A stretch of 64,000 nt of DNA. Origin: Nemertoderma westbladi (lineage: Eukaryota > Animalia > Xenacoelomorpha). Location: positions 19,220 to 83,219 of the forward strand of contig JAUCBJ010002182.1 of assembly GCA_032718475.1 (NCBI GenBank), given 5' to 3'. Below, piece after piece: positions 38,988 through 51,600 of the stretch. The translations under genes and the position numbers were made by a program. How positions within the stretch are numbered: the stretch's first letter is position 1; each line of letters starts with the position of its first letter. Under the pieces are notes generated by a model. The model saw only the letters and a program-made list of their open reading frames with translations. It ran no database searches and was not told the DNA's origin.

Positions 38988-41785
38988 GTATGACTCATAG
39001 TAACGGCATCACGTCTGTATGACTCATGGTATCGACGCGTTTGTATGACTCATGGTACCGACGCGTCTTTATGACTCATGGTACCGACGCGTGTGTATGA
39101 CTCATGGTACCGACGCGTGTGTATGACTGTGTATGACTTATGGTACCGACGCGTTTGTATGACTCATGGTACCGACGCGTGTGTATGACTATGTATGACT
39201 TATGGTACCGACGCGTTTGTATGATTCATGGTACCGACGCGTGTGTATGACTGTGTATGACTCATTGTACCGACGCGTGTGTATGACTCATTGTACCGAC
39301 GTGCTTGTATGACTCATGGTACCGACGCGTGTGTATGACTCATTGTACCGACGTGCTTGTATGACTCATGGTACCGGCGCGTGTGTATGACTGTGTATGA
39401 CTCATTGTACCGACGCGTGTGTATGACTCATTGTACCGACGTGCTTGTATGACTCATGGTACCGACGCGTGTGTATGACTCATTGTACCGACGTGCTTGT
39501 ATGATTCATGGTAGCGACGCGTGTGTATGACTGTGTATGACTTATGGTACCGACGCGTTTATATGATTCATGGCACCGACGCGTGTGTATGACTGTGTAT
39601 GACTCATTGTACCGACGCGTGTGTATGACTCATGGTACCGACGCGTGTGTATGACTCATGGTACCGACGCGTGTGTATGACTGTGTATGACTCATTGTAC
39701 CGACGCGTGTGTATGACTCATTGTACCGACGTGCTTGTATGACTCATTGTACCGACGCGTGTGTATGACTCATGGTACCGACGCGTGTGTATGACTCATG
39801 GTACCGACGCGTGTGTATGACTGTGTATGACTCATGGTACCGACGCGTGTGTATGACTGTGTATGACTCATTGTACCGACGCGTGTGTATGACTCATTGT
39901 ACCGACGTGCTTGTATGACTCATGGTACCGACGCGTGTGTATGACTCATGGTAGCGACGCGTGTGTATGACTGTGTATGACTTATGGTACCGACGCGTTT
40001 GTATGATTCATGGTACCGACGCGTGTGTATGACTGTGTATGACTTATGGTACCGACGCGTTTGTATGATTCATTGTACCGACGCGTGTGTATGACTCATG
40101 GTACCGACGCGTGTGTATGACTCATGGTACCGACGCGTGTGTATGACTCATGGTACCGACGCGTGTGTATGACTCATTGTACCGACGTGCTTGTATGACT
40201 CATGGTACCGACGCGTGTGTATGACTCATGGTAGCGACGCGTGTGTATGACTGTATGACTTATGGTACCGACGCGTTTGTATGATTCATGGTACCGACGC
40301 GTGTGTATGACTGTGTATGACTCATTGTACCGACGCGTGTGTATGACTCATTGTACCGACGCGTGTGTATGACTCATGGTACCGACGCGTGTGAATGACT
40401 GTGTATGACTCATGATACCGACGCGTGTCTATGACTGTGTATGACTCATTGTACCGACGCGTGTGTATGACTCATGGCACCGACGCGTTTGTATGACTCA
40501 TGGTACCGACGCGTGTGTATGACTGTGTATGACTTATGGTACCGACGCGTTTGTATGACTCATGGTACCGACGCGTGTGTATGACTCATGGTACCGACGC
40601 GTGTGTATGACTCATGGTACCGACGCGTGTGTATGACTCATGGTACCGACGCGTGTGTATGACTGTGTATGACTTATGGTACCGACGCGTTTGTATGACT
40701 CATGGTACCGACGCGTGTGTATGACTATGTATGACTTATGGTACCGACGCGTTTGTATGATTCATGGTACCGACGCGTGTGTATGACTGTGTATGACTCA
40801 TTGTACCGACGCGTGTGTATGACTCATTGTACCGACGTGCTTGTGTGACTCATGGTACCGACGCGTGTGTATGACTCATTGTACCGACGTGCTTGTATGA
40901 CTCATGGTACCGACGCGTGTGTATGACTGTGTATGACTCATTGTACCGACGCGTGTGTATGACTCATTGTACCGACGTGCTTGTATGACTCATGGTACCG
41001 ACGCGTGTGTATGACTCATTGTACCGACGTGCTTGTATGACTCATGGTAGCGACGCGTGTGTATGACTGTGTATGACTTATGGTACCGACGCGTTTCTAT
41101 GATTCATGGCACCGACGCGTGTGTATGACTGTGTATGACTCGCTCATGGTACCGACGCGTGTATATGACTGTGTATGACTCATTGTACCGACGCGTGTGT
41201 ATGACTCATTGTACCGACGTGCTTGTATGACTCATGGTACCGACGCGTGTGTATGACTCATGGTAGCGACGCGTGTGTATGACTGTGTATGACTTATGGT
41301 ACCGACGCGTTTGTATGATTCATGGTACCGACGCGTGTGTATGACTGTGTATGACTCATTGTACCGACGCGTGTGTATGACTCATGGTACCGACGCGTGT
41401 GTATTACTCATGGTACCGACGCGTGTGTATGACTCATTGTACCGACGTGCTTGTATGACTCATGGTACCGACGCGTGTGTATGACTCATGGTAACGACGC
41501 GTGTGTATGTCTGTATGACTCATGGTACCGACGCGTGTGTATGACTGTGTATGACTCATGGTACCGACGCGTGTGTATGACTCATGGTACCGAAGCTTGT
41601 GTATGACTCATGGTACCGACGCGTGTGTATGACTCATTGTACCGAAGCGTGTGTATGACTCATGGTAACGACGCGTGTGTATGACTGTATGACTCATGGT
41701 ACCGACGCGTGTGTATGACTGTGTATGACTCATGGTACCGACGCGTGTGTATGACTCATGGTACCGAAGCTTGTGTGACTCATGT
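38988..41785 (+). repeat. 26/36-bp tandem repeat (GTATGACTCATGGTACCGACGCGTGT) starting exactly at the donor GT
   Basis: Directly visible; the first unit is the intron's 5' end, gtatgactcat. Confidence 0.95.
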
Positions 41786-41829
41786 TACAATATTGCACTA
41801 TTAGTTGGTAGTCCTAAAATCGTTTATTA

Positions 41830-42147
41830 ATAAGTGAATTGTTGTGGGGTGAGTGACGCGGTGTATTAAATATACAATGTAAATAGGACAATATGATAAT
41901 GCTCTCCATAGCGAAAAATATCAACCGGCCCTGTTGGGGCTCGAACCCGGTACCTAGGTTTCAAACTTCTGGTTATCATCAGCCGGGTGAGTGTACTGAG
42001 CTACCAGCCCGGATGAATATTTCGCTATGGAGTGGGAGATCATATTTAGGCCAACTAATCACTCAAAATCGAGCCCCAATAGGGCCGGTTGATATTTTTC
42101 GCTATGGAGAGCATTATCATATTGTCTTATTTACATTGTATATTTAA
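41830..42147 (-). mobile_element. Small insertion with ~65-bp inverted repeats and a tRNA-like core, flanked by a 15-bp direct repeat
   Basis: 41866-41931 is the reverse complement of about 42082-42147. The minus strand has GGTAGCTCAG (A-box-like) and GGTTCGAGCC (B-box). TAAAATCGTTTATTA occurs at 41815 and 42145. Confidence 0.65.
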
Positions 42148-42274
42148 AATCGTTTATTAGAGTTTGTAACTTATTGTATGATCGTGGGCACTACTCGACC
42201 GGACCGGTTCAAATATTCTCAATATTTATCTAGAGTATGGATACGCGATCATCAACTGACCGCAAGGTAACAGC

Positions 42275-43646
42275 TAGTGTTGAGAACTGTAACTGTAATT
42301 ATACTGTAACTGCAACTGTAACTGAATGATTTTGATGATTTTTTGATACTGTAACTATAACTGTAACTGTAATTGCGAATTTTGAATACTGTAACTGTAA
42401 CTGAAACTGTAATTAGGAATTTTGAATACTGTAACTGAAACTGTAATTAGGAATTTTGAATACTGTAACTGAAACTGTAATTAGGAATTTTGAATACTGT
42501 AACTGAAACTGTAATTAGGAATTTTGAATACTGTAACTGAAACTGTAATTAGGAATTTTGAATACTGTAACTGAAACTGAAATTGAAATTACTAAAAATC
42601 GATTCAGTTCTCAACCACACAACTAACATGAATGAGCATTTGAAACAGCATTGTAATAGTTAATAAATTAATAACAGTGGTCGACATGGGTATCATTTTT
42701 AAAACATTGTATTTTTATTTATTATTATAGTTTTGGACCTTGATAGTAACTGAGTAATGGGCCACCATATTAGTCAAGTGGCCCAATGACCCATTGCCCA
42801 CTTAACTCAACTGTGATTTATTTGGCGAGTGAAGCATCGAGTAATGAACGAAGATCTACCATTATACTGTAGTTATAATTAGTCATGTTTATCTATCTCA
42901 ACTGTTAGACTATTATCAGCCTTATCAGCACTCTTTGCTTCCTAATTATCGCATATCAAATGTAAATGTTTTAGATAAACAAAAATATAGTTAATGGTAA
43001 TGTTAGAGGGATATATAACGGGTATATTTTACATGAAAATTAATGTTACTTATACTATTAATATTAAAGGGGATATCACACTAGAGGCACACTGGAAATT
43101 AAATTTTTATCAAGTTTACCATTATAAATTACAAAATTACAATTAAACTTAAAAAGTGAAAGGAGTAGCTTATCGTGGTGGGTCTAACCAAAACTACAAA
43201 TATATGATTACTACAACAAATTATAAATTAAGGGAATTGAGCAGGTTTCAGAAACATGCCATTATAACCAAAACAATAAATGATAACAGTACAAGCACTG
43301 AAACAAGATGAACAGCAAAATGTTCATTTTTCGTTTTAGATAACCTTTTTTATTGGGCAAGTGATTCGTTTTATTTTTGTTGGGCAAGTGACTCATTGGG
43401 TGAGTGACTGCACTGCACCCCGCCCCGATGAGACTGACATTATTTCAATGACTGCTTACTATGTGGGATAATATATTGAATCTATAACTGAAACTGTAAC
43501 TGAAATTTTATCGCGAACAAAACTGTAACTGAAACTGAAATGTTAAATTTTGTAATACTGAAACTGTAACTGAAATGCAAAACTTTGAATACTGAAACTG
43601 AAACTGTAACTTAAATTAGTCAAAATTGATTCAGTTCTCAACACTA
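42275..43646. mobile_element. Non-autonomous hAT-like DNA transposon
   Basis: TIRs TAGTGTTGAGAACTG ... CAGTTCTCAACACTA. Near-perfect 8-bp TSD GGTAACA(g)C / GGTAACAC. Subterminal (ACTGTA/ACTGAA)n arrays; no ORF. Confidence 0.75.
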
Positions 43647-43673
43647 GGTAACACTCCTACATTATATCTCTAG

Positions 43674-43810
43674 ATTATGGATACGCGATCATCAACTGAC
43701 CGCAAGGTAACACTCCTACATTATTTGGCGGAATTGTTGGAGAAGAAACTACCAGATGTTGCCAAGCTGGAGGATGAAATTCCCCACGTTCGATTTGCTG
43801 CCAAATTAAA
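43674..43810 (+). CDS. DAAM: DAAM-type formin exon (FH2)
   Basis: Boundaries ctctag|ATT ... TTA AA|gtgagt. Encodes IMDTRSSTDRKVTLLHYLAELLEKKLPDVAKLEDEIPHVRFAAKL. Too short to appear in the ORF track. Confidence 0.92.
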
Positions 43811-45648
43811 GTGAGTTTAACTAGTCGGCGTTCGCTATCTGCCGAATTAAAGTGAGTTTAACTAGTCGGCGTTCGCTAGCTGCCGAATTAAAGTAAGGTT
43901 AACTAGTTGGCGTTCTCTAGCTGCCGAATTAAAGTAAGGTTAACTAGTCGGCGTTCGCTTGCTGCCGAATTAAAGTGAGTTTAACTAGTCGGCGTTCGCT
44001 TGCTGCCGGATTAAAGTGAGTTTAACTAGTCGGCGTTCGCTTGCTGCCGAATTAAAGTAAGGTTAACTAGTTGGCGTTCGCTAGCTGCCGAATTAAAGTG
44101 AGTTTAACTAGTCGGCGTTCGCTTGCTGCCGAATTAAAGTGAGTTTAACTAGTCGGCATTCGCTAGCTGCCGAATTAAAGTAAGGTTAACTAGTCGGCGT
44201 TCGCTTGCTGCCGAATTAAAGTGAGTTTAACTAGTCGGCGTTCGCTAGCTGCCGAATTAAAGTAAGGTTAACTAGTCGGCGTTCACTAGCTGCCGAATTA
44301 AAGTGAGTTTAAATAGTCGGCGTTCGCTTGCTGCCGAATTAAAGTGAGTTTAACTAGTCGGCGTTCGCTTGCTGCCGAATTAAAGTGAGTTTAACTAGTC
44401 GGCGTTCGCTAGCTGCCGAATTAAAGTAAGGTTAACTAGTCGGCGTTCGCTTGCTGCCGAATTAAAGTAAGGTTAACTAGTTGGCGTTCGCTAGCTGCCG
44501 AATTAAAGTGAGTTTAACTAGTCGGCGTTCGCTTGCTGCCGAATTAAAGTGAGTTTAACTAGTCGGCGTTCGCTAGCTGCCGAATTAAAGTAAGGTTAAC
44601 TAGTCGGCGTTCGCTTGCTGCCGAATTAAAGTGAGTTTAACTAGTCGGCGTTCGCTATCTGCCGAATTAAAGTGAGTTTAACTAGTCGGCGTTCGCTAGC
44701 TGCCGAATTAAAGTAAGGTTAACTAGTCGGCGTTCGCTTGCTGCCGAATTAAAGTGAGTTTAACTAGTCGGCGTTCGCTAGCTGCCGAATTAAAGTAAGG
44801 TTAACTAGTCGGCGTTCACTAGCTGCCGAATTAAAGTGAGTTTAAATAGTCGGCGTTCGCTTGCTGCCGAATTAAAGTGAGTTTAACTAGTCGGCGTTCG
44901 CTTGCTGCCGAATTAAAGTGAGTTTAACTAGTCGGCGTTCGCTAGCTGCCGAATTAAAGTAAGGTTAACTAGTCGGCGTTCGCTTGCTGCCGAATTAAAG
45001 TAAGGTTAACTAGTTGGCGTTCGCTAGCTGCCGAATTAAAGTGAGTTTAACTAGTCGGCGTTCGCTTGCTGCCGAATTAAAGTGAGTTTAACTAGTCGGC
45101 GTTCGCTAGCTGCCGAATTAAAGTAAGGTTAACTAGTCGGCGTTCGCTTGCTGCCGAATTAAAGTGAGTTTAACTAGTCGGCGTTCGCTATCTGCCGAAT
45201 TAAAGTGAGTTTAACTAGTCGGCGTTCGCTAGCTGCCGAATTAAAGTAAGGTTAACTAGTTGGCGTTCGCTAGCTGCCGAATTAAAGTAAGGTTAACTAG
45301 TCGGCGTTCGCTTGCTGCCGAATTAAAGTAAGGTTATCTAGTCGGCGTTCGCTAGCTGCCGAATTAAAGTGAGTTTAACTAGTCGGCGTTCGCTAGCTGC
45401 CGAATTAAAGTAAGGTTAACTAGTTGGCGTTCGCTTGCTGCCGAATTAAAGTAAGGTTAACTAGTCGGCGTTCGCTTGCTGCCGAATTAAAGTAAGGTTA
45501 ACTAGTTGGCGTTCGCTTGCTGCCGAATTAAAGTGAGTTTAACTAGTCGGCGTTCGCTAGCTGCCGAATTAAAGTAAGTTTAACTAGTCGGCGTTCGCTT
45601 GCTGCCGAATTAAAGTAAGGTTAACTAGTCGGCGTTCGCTAGATGCCG
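43811..45648 (+). repeat. 41-bp tandem repeat derived from the exon end and donor site (left block, about 45 copies)
   Basis: Unit GT(G/A)AG(T/G)TTAACTAGTCGGCGTTCGCT(A/T)GCTGCCGAATTAAA versus the real junction CGTTCGATTTGCTGCCAAATTAAA|GTGAGT. Confidence 0.96.
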
Positions 45649-48608
45649 TTGTTTGCTAGATTGCACCAGATGCCTCCAAAGGCCGTCTAAATTACACAGA
45701 TTTTCTAGCTAAACTAGAGAGCCTGGTGTATAGCCATCCAGAGGCAACCCCAATTATCCTTATGGATGCCAATGCCGATCTGGGGGCTTCCAAAGGAAGA
45801 CGGTATTCTCGGGCAAAGCCCAATCGAAATGGTCATCTCCTTCACAGCTTTCTCAACTCCACCGGTCTACAGGCTGTAGATACTTCATCAGTCTTTACAG
45901 GACCCGCTTTGACTTATTATGGGCCGAATGGTCACAGATCTTATATCGATCATATAATCACTAACGAAAAAGGTAGCAATCTTATTTCATATGGTATTGT
46001 ATGGGAACCTGACGAACAGAGAAACCATTCTGACCACAGCCCCTTGGAGACACAACTAGCATGGATCACTTCACCTACAAGCAATCCAAAATCTCCACAT
46101 CTAAATCAACCTGAGACAAAGAAAACAAAGCAGCTGTTATGGGCTAACACCTCTAGACATAGCCTTGATATTTATTCCAAAGACGTAAAGGAAAGGATCC
46201 AGAAACTAGACAGTGAAATGCCTATTGAAACATCATCGTGGACTACTAGCATATTGAATCAATATATGGATAAAATCATTTCAATTTTAGCTGAGGAAAG
46301 TGCCAAGACAATAAAGCAGAAAAGGATAAAAAAGTACAGAAGTATACATCTGAGGAATACGCAAATATCCAAATTAAACAAAACCTCTAACAGTCTATTT
46401 GAAACATGGCAATCATCAGTTGGAAAAGACAAAGAAGAGCTCAAACAGGCTTTCAAAGAATCAGTAAAAACTACAAGGAGGTTGCAGAAGTGTCTCTTCA
46501 GGAAACAAACACATGGCAACATAATCAAGCAATCATCTAAGATAAAGACAGGACCACGCGATTTCTGGAACTTCTATTCTAGGAGGAAGCGGAGTGGAGT
46601 AGTTCCTGCATCTGTCAAAAATAACTTGCGCGAGTTCTTTCAGAAAACACTGTTCAATAAGGGAAATGCAGGCAACAACTCCAATCTTGATGAGAGCATT
46701 AATTTACGTTGTGGTGAAACCCCTGCACCCATAATAAGTGATTTATGGGTACGTAGTGCAATACTGTCACTCTCAAGAGGCAAGGCTCCAGACTCCACAA
46801 ACTTAACAGTGGAGCACCTGCTATATTCCGATCCTGATGTCATAAGTGGAGCTTTGTCTAAAGTGCTTCAGGCCTCAATATACACTGGCACAGTCCCTGA
46901 CTCATTTGGAAGATCTGCGCTCACTCCAATATTCAAGGGAAAAAATAAAGATCCTAGCAATCCACCGTCATATCGACCTGTTTGCACTATAAACCTGTTT
47001 GCCAAAGTATTAGAGGCAGTTGTCCTTCAGAATTTTTTAAAAGAAGTGTGCCCAAGACCAGCCCAATTAGCTTACCAACAAAAACTTGGTACTGACATTG
47101 CCCTTAGTGCAATTCTGGAATTATTGCAACAGTTCCGAGAACAGGGCACCGACATTTTCCTGTGCCAAATGGATATCTGTAAGGCTTTCGACCGAGTGCA
47201 GCATGACATCCTGTTCAAGAAGCTGATCGGACTTGTAAACCCGCATATATGTAGGATTATAAGACATTACTACTCCATTGGAATGATATACATGAGATTC
47301 TCTGGTCACACCGATTGCAAAGGATTCCCAACCAGCATTGGAGTGAAACAAGGGTCCCTACTAGGGCCCCCTCTATTTAACTTTTACATCCGTGACATCC
47401 ACACTGTTATACCTGAGGGTCTATCTAACGGATTGCTGACTTCAATAGCACTAGAGTGTTAAACATTTTCCTATGCGGATGATATAATGATAATCAGTCC
47501 TTTTCATTCAGCTATCGAAAAAGAAGTGCGTAGAATCCAAGATAGACTTCATGTAGTTGGTTTGGACGTAGATGTTTCCAAAACTTCTTGGGTGATGCTA
47601 AGAGGCCGAGGATCTTTCAATACTACAAAGCCATTCCTGGAGATTGCTGGACAAAAGATAGCACTGTCTTCCTCTCACCTGAATTTCTTAGGATACAAAA
47701 TCTCAGGATCCAATAACTTCATTCTAAACGAATGCTTGCGACTCATTGCATCAGTTGCTGAAGGCTTCCTGTCAATGGGATGGTCTGCTAAGTGGATTCC
47801 AGTGGATACACTAGCCACATTGTGGAAATCTTATGCATTACCTGTATTCCGTTATAGTTTCGTTTTCTACGCTGGAGCGCTCACTGCTAAACAACTTGAT
47901 GTCATTGAAATCCAGTACAGAAAGGCTCTACGAAGCCTGCTCCATTTGAAATACACCCGTATCTCGTCTAACGTACTATACCAGTTGTTCGGTTTGAATT
48001 ATATCATATTTGATATATTTCAATGCTCTGTGCGTCTATTACAACGATGCAGGAAGGTGCCCAACATACTGATCAACTCTATAACTCATACAGCAGGGTC
48101 ACTAAACACTGAAAAGCATTACATTGGTCCTTGCGCCACGTACAGGAAGTGTCATGAAAGATTTGGCGTTCCAGACCTAACTTCAATAATGAGGCATGAT
48201 TATGCAATCAAAAGCTTACTCAGTGAAATAATGATCTGTGAACCGTCAATCTGCGAACAGGCCCACATCAGCTTTATTCGTAATGTATACGGGTCAAGTA
48301 ACATTTGTTTCTCCACGAAAATACACCGTGTTAAAGATTACCTAGAAGCCGTAGCCTGCATATAGTCTCTCTAGATCCATTTGTCAGTGGGATCGACTTA
48401 CAGGGCGTGTCACAAAATGACTGGTACTTGTTTTTATTTCATTTTCTTTCTACATACAGTTTTAATGAAACTGACCCTATCTCCTTATTGTACTAATTGG
48501 TTTTATTGTGACACTATCTATATATAGTGATTTTTAACCTTTTATTAAATAAACGTCAGCCCGACTGACTCCGCGCGCATAATGAATGCGCGATAACTTA
48601 ACTTAACT
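45649..48608 (+). mobile_element. 5'-truncated APE-RT non-LTR retrotransposon inserted in the 41-bp array; single in-frame TAA at 47460-47462
   Basis: APE motifs ILMDAN, YIDHII and SDHSP. RT motifs SYRPV, MDICKAFDRV, GVKQGSLLGPPLF and YADD (in frame after the stop). 3' stem-loop CGCGCAT-AATGA-ATGCGCG and a (TAACT)3 tail. Confidence 0.93.
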
Positions 48609-51600
48609 AGTTGGCATTCGCTTGCTGCCGAATTAAAGTGAGTTTAACTAGTCGGCGTTCGCTAGCTGCCGAATTAAAGTGAGTTTAACTAGTCGGCGTT
48701 CGCTTGCTGCCGAATTAAAGTAAGGTTAACTAGTCGGCATTTGCTTGCTGCCGAATTAAAGTGAGTTTAACTAGTCGGCGTTTGCTAGCTGCCGAATTAA
48801 AGTAAGGTTAACTAGTCGGCGTTCGCTTGCTGCCAAATTAAAGTAAGGTTATCTAGTCGGCGTTCGCTAGCTGCCGAATTAAAGTGAGTTTAACTAGTCG
48901 GCGTTTGCTAGCTGCCGAATTAAAGTGAGTTTAACTAGTCGGCGTTCGCTAGCTGCCGAATTAAAGTGAGTTTAACTAGTCGGCGTTCGCTAGCTGCCGA
49001 ATTAAAGTAAGGTTAACTAGTCGGCGTTCGCTTGCTGCCGAATTAAAGTGAGTTTAACTAGTTGGCGTTCGCTAGCTGCCGAATTAAATTAAGGTTAACT
49101 AGTCGGCGTTCGCTTGCTGCCGAATTAAAGTAAGGTTAACTAGTCGGCGTCCTCTAGCTGCCGAATTAAAGTGAGTTTAACTAGTCGGCGTTCGCTAGCT
49201 GCCGAATTAAAGTAAGGTTAACTAGTCAGCATTCGCTTGCTGCCGAATTAAAGTGAGTTTAACTAGTCGGCGTTCGATTGCTGCCGAATTAAATTGAGTT
49301 TAACTAGTCGGCGTCCAGTAGCTGCCGAATTAAAGTGAGTTTAACTAGTTGGCGTTCGCTAGCTGCCGAATTAAAGTAAGGTTAACTAGTCGGCGTTCGC
49401 TTGCTGCCGAATTAAAGTAAGGTTAACTAGTCGGCATTTGCTTGCTGCCGAATTAAAGTAAGGTTAACTAGTCGGCGTTCTCTAGCTGCCAAATTAAAGT
49501 GAGTTTAACTAGTCGGCGTTCGCTAGCTGCCGAATTAAAGTAAGGTTAACTAGTCGGCGTTCGCTTGCTGCCGAATTAAAGTGAGTTTAACTAGTCGGCG
49601 TTCGCTTGCTGCCGAATTAAAGTAAGGTTAACTAATCGGCGTTCGCTTGCTGCCGAATTAAAGTAAAGTTAACTAGTCGGCGTTCGCTTGCTGCCGAATT
49701 AAAGTAAGGTTAACTAGTCGGCGTTCGCTAGCTGCCGAATTAAAGTAAGGTTAACTAGTTGGCGTCCTCTAGCTGCCGAATTAAAGTAAGGTTAACTAGT
49801 CGGCGTTCTCTAGCTGCCAAATTAAAGTGAGTTTAACTAGTCGGCGTTCGCTAGCTGCCAAATTAAAGTAATGTTAACTAGTCGGCGTTCGCTTGCTGCC
49901 GAATTAAAGTAAGGTTAACTAGTCGGCGTTCGCTTGCTGCCGAATTAAAGTAAGGTTAACTAGTCGGCGTTCGCTTGCTGCCGAATTAAAGTAAGGTTAA
50001 CTAGTCGGCGTTCGCTTGCTGCCGAATTAAAGTAAGGTTAACTAGTCGGCGTCCTCTAGCTGCCGAATTAAAGTAAGGTTAACTAGTCGGCGTTCTCTAG
50101 CTGCCAAATTAAAGTGAGTTTAACTAGTCGGCGTTCGCTAGCTGCCGAATTAAAGTAAGGTTAACTAGTCGGCGTTCGCTTGCTGCCGAATTAAAGTAAG
50201 GTTAACTAGTCGGCGTCCTCTAGCTGCCGAATTAAAGTAAGGTTAACTAGTCGGCGTTCTCTAGCTGCCAAATTAAAGTGAGTTTAACTAGTTGGCGTTC
50301 GCTAGCTGCCGAATTAAAGTAAGGTTAACTAGTCGGCGTTCGCTTGCTGCCGAATTAAAGTAAGGTTAACTAGTCGGCGTTCGCTTGCTGCCGAATTAAA
50401 GTAAGGTTAACTAGTCGGCGTTCGCTAGCTGCCGAATTAAAGTAAGGTTAACTAGTCGGTGTTCGCTTGCTGCCGAATTAAAGTAAGGTTAACTAGTCGG
50501 CGTTCGCTTGCTGCCGAATTAAAGTGAGTTTAACTAGTCGGCGTTCGCTAGCTGCCGAATTAAAGTGAGTTTAACTAGCCGGCGTTCGCTAGCTTCCGAA
50601 TTAAAGTAAGGTTAACTAGTCGGCGTTCGCTTGCTGCTGAATTAAAGTAACGTTAACTAGTCGGCGTTCGCTTGCTGCCGAATTAAAGTAAGGTTAACTA
50701 GTCGGCGTTCGCTTGCTGCCGAATTAAAGTGAGTTTAACTAGTCGGCGTTTGCTAGCTGCCGAATTAAAGTGAGTTTAACTAGTCGGCGTTCTCTAGCTG
50801 CCAAATTAAAGTGAGTTTAACTAGTCGGCGTTCGCTAGCTGCCGAATTAAAGTAAGGTTAACTAGTCGGCGTTCGCTTGCTGCTGAATTAAAGTAAGGTT
50901 AACTAGTCGGCGTTCGCTTGCTGCTGAATTAAAGTAAAGTTAACTAGTCAGCGTTCGCTTGCTGCCGAATTAAAGTAAGGTTAACTAGTCGGCGTTCGCT
51001 TGCTGCCGAATTAAAGTAAGGTCAACTAGTCGGCGTTCGCTAGCTGCCGAATTAAAGTAAGGTCAACTAGTCGGCGTTCGCTAGCTGCCGAATTAAAGTA
51101 AGGTTAACTAGTCGGCGTTCGCTTGCTGCCGAATTAAAGTAAGGTCAACTAGTCGGCGTTCGCTAGCTGCCGAATTAAAGTAAGGTTAACTCGTTGGCGT
51201 TCGCTTGCTGCCGAATTAAAGTAAGGTTAACTAGTCGGCGTTCGCTAGCTGCCTAATTAAAGTAAGGTTAACTAGTCGGCGTTCGCTTGCTGCCGAATTA
51301 AAGTAAGGTTAACTAGTCGGCGTTCGCTTGCTGCCGAATTAAAGTAAGGTTAACTAGTCGGCGTTCGCTTGCTGCCGAATTAAAGTAAGGTTAACTAGTC
51401 GGCGTTCTCTAGCTGCCAAATTAAAGTGAGTTTAACTAGTCGGCGTTCGCTAGCTGCCGAATTAAAGTAAGGTTAACTAGTCGGCGTTCGCTTGCTGCCG
51501 AATTAAAGTGAGTTTAACTAGTCGGCGTTCGCTAGCTGCCGAATTAAAGTAAGGTTAACTATTCGGCGTTCGCTTGCTGCCGAATTAAGGTGAGTTTAAC

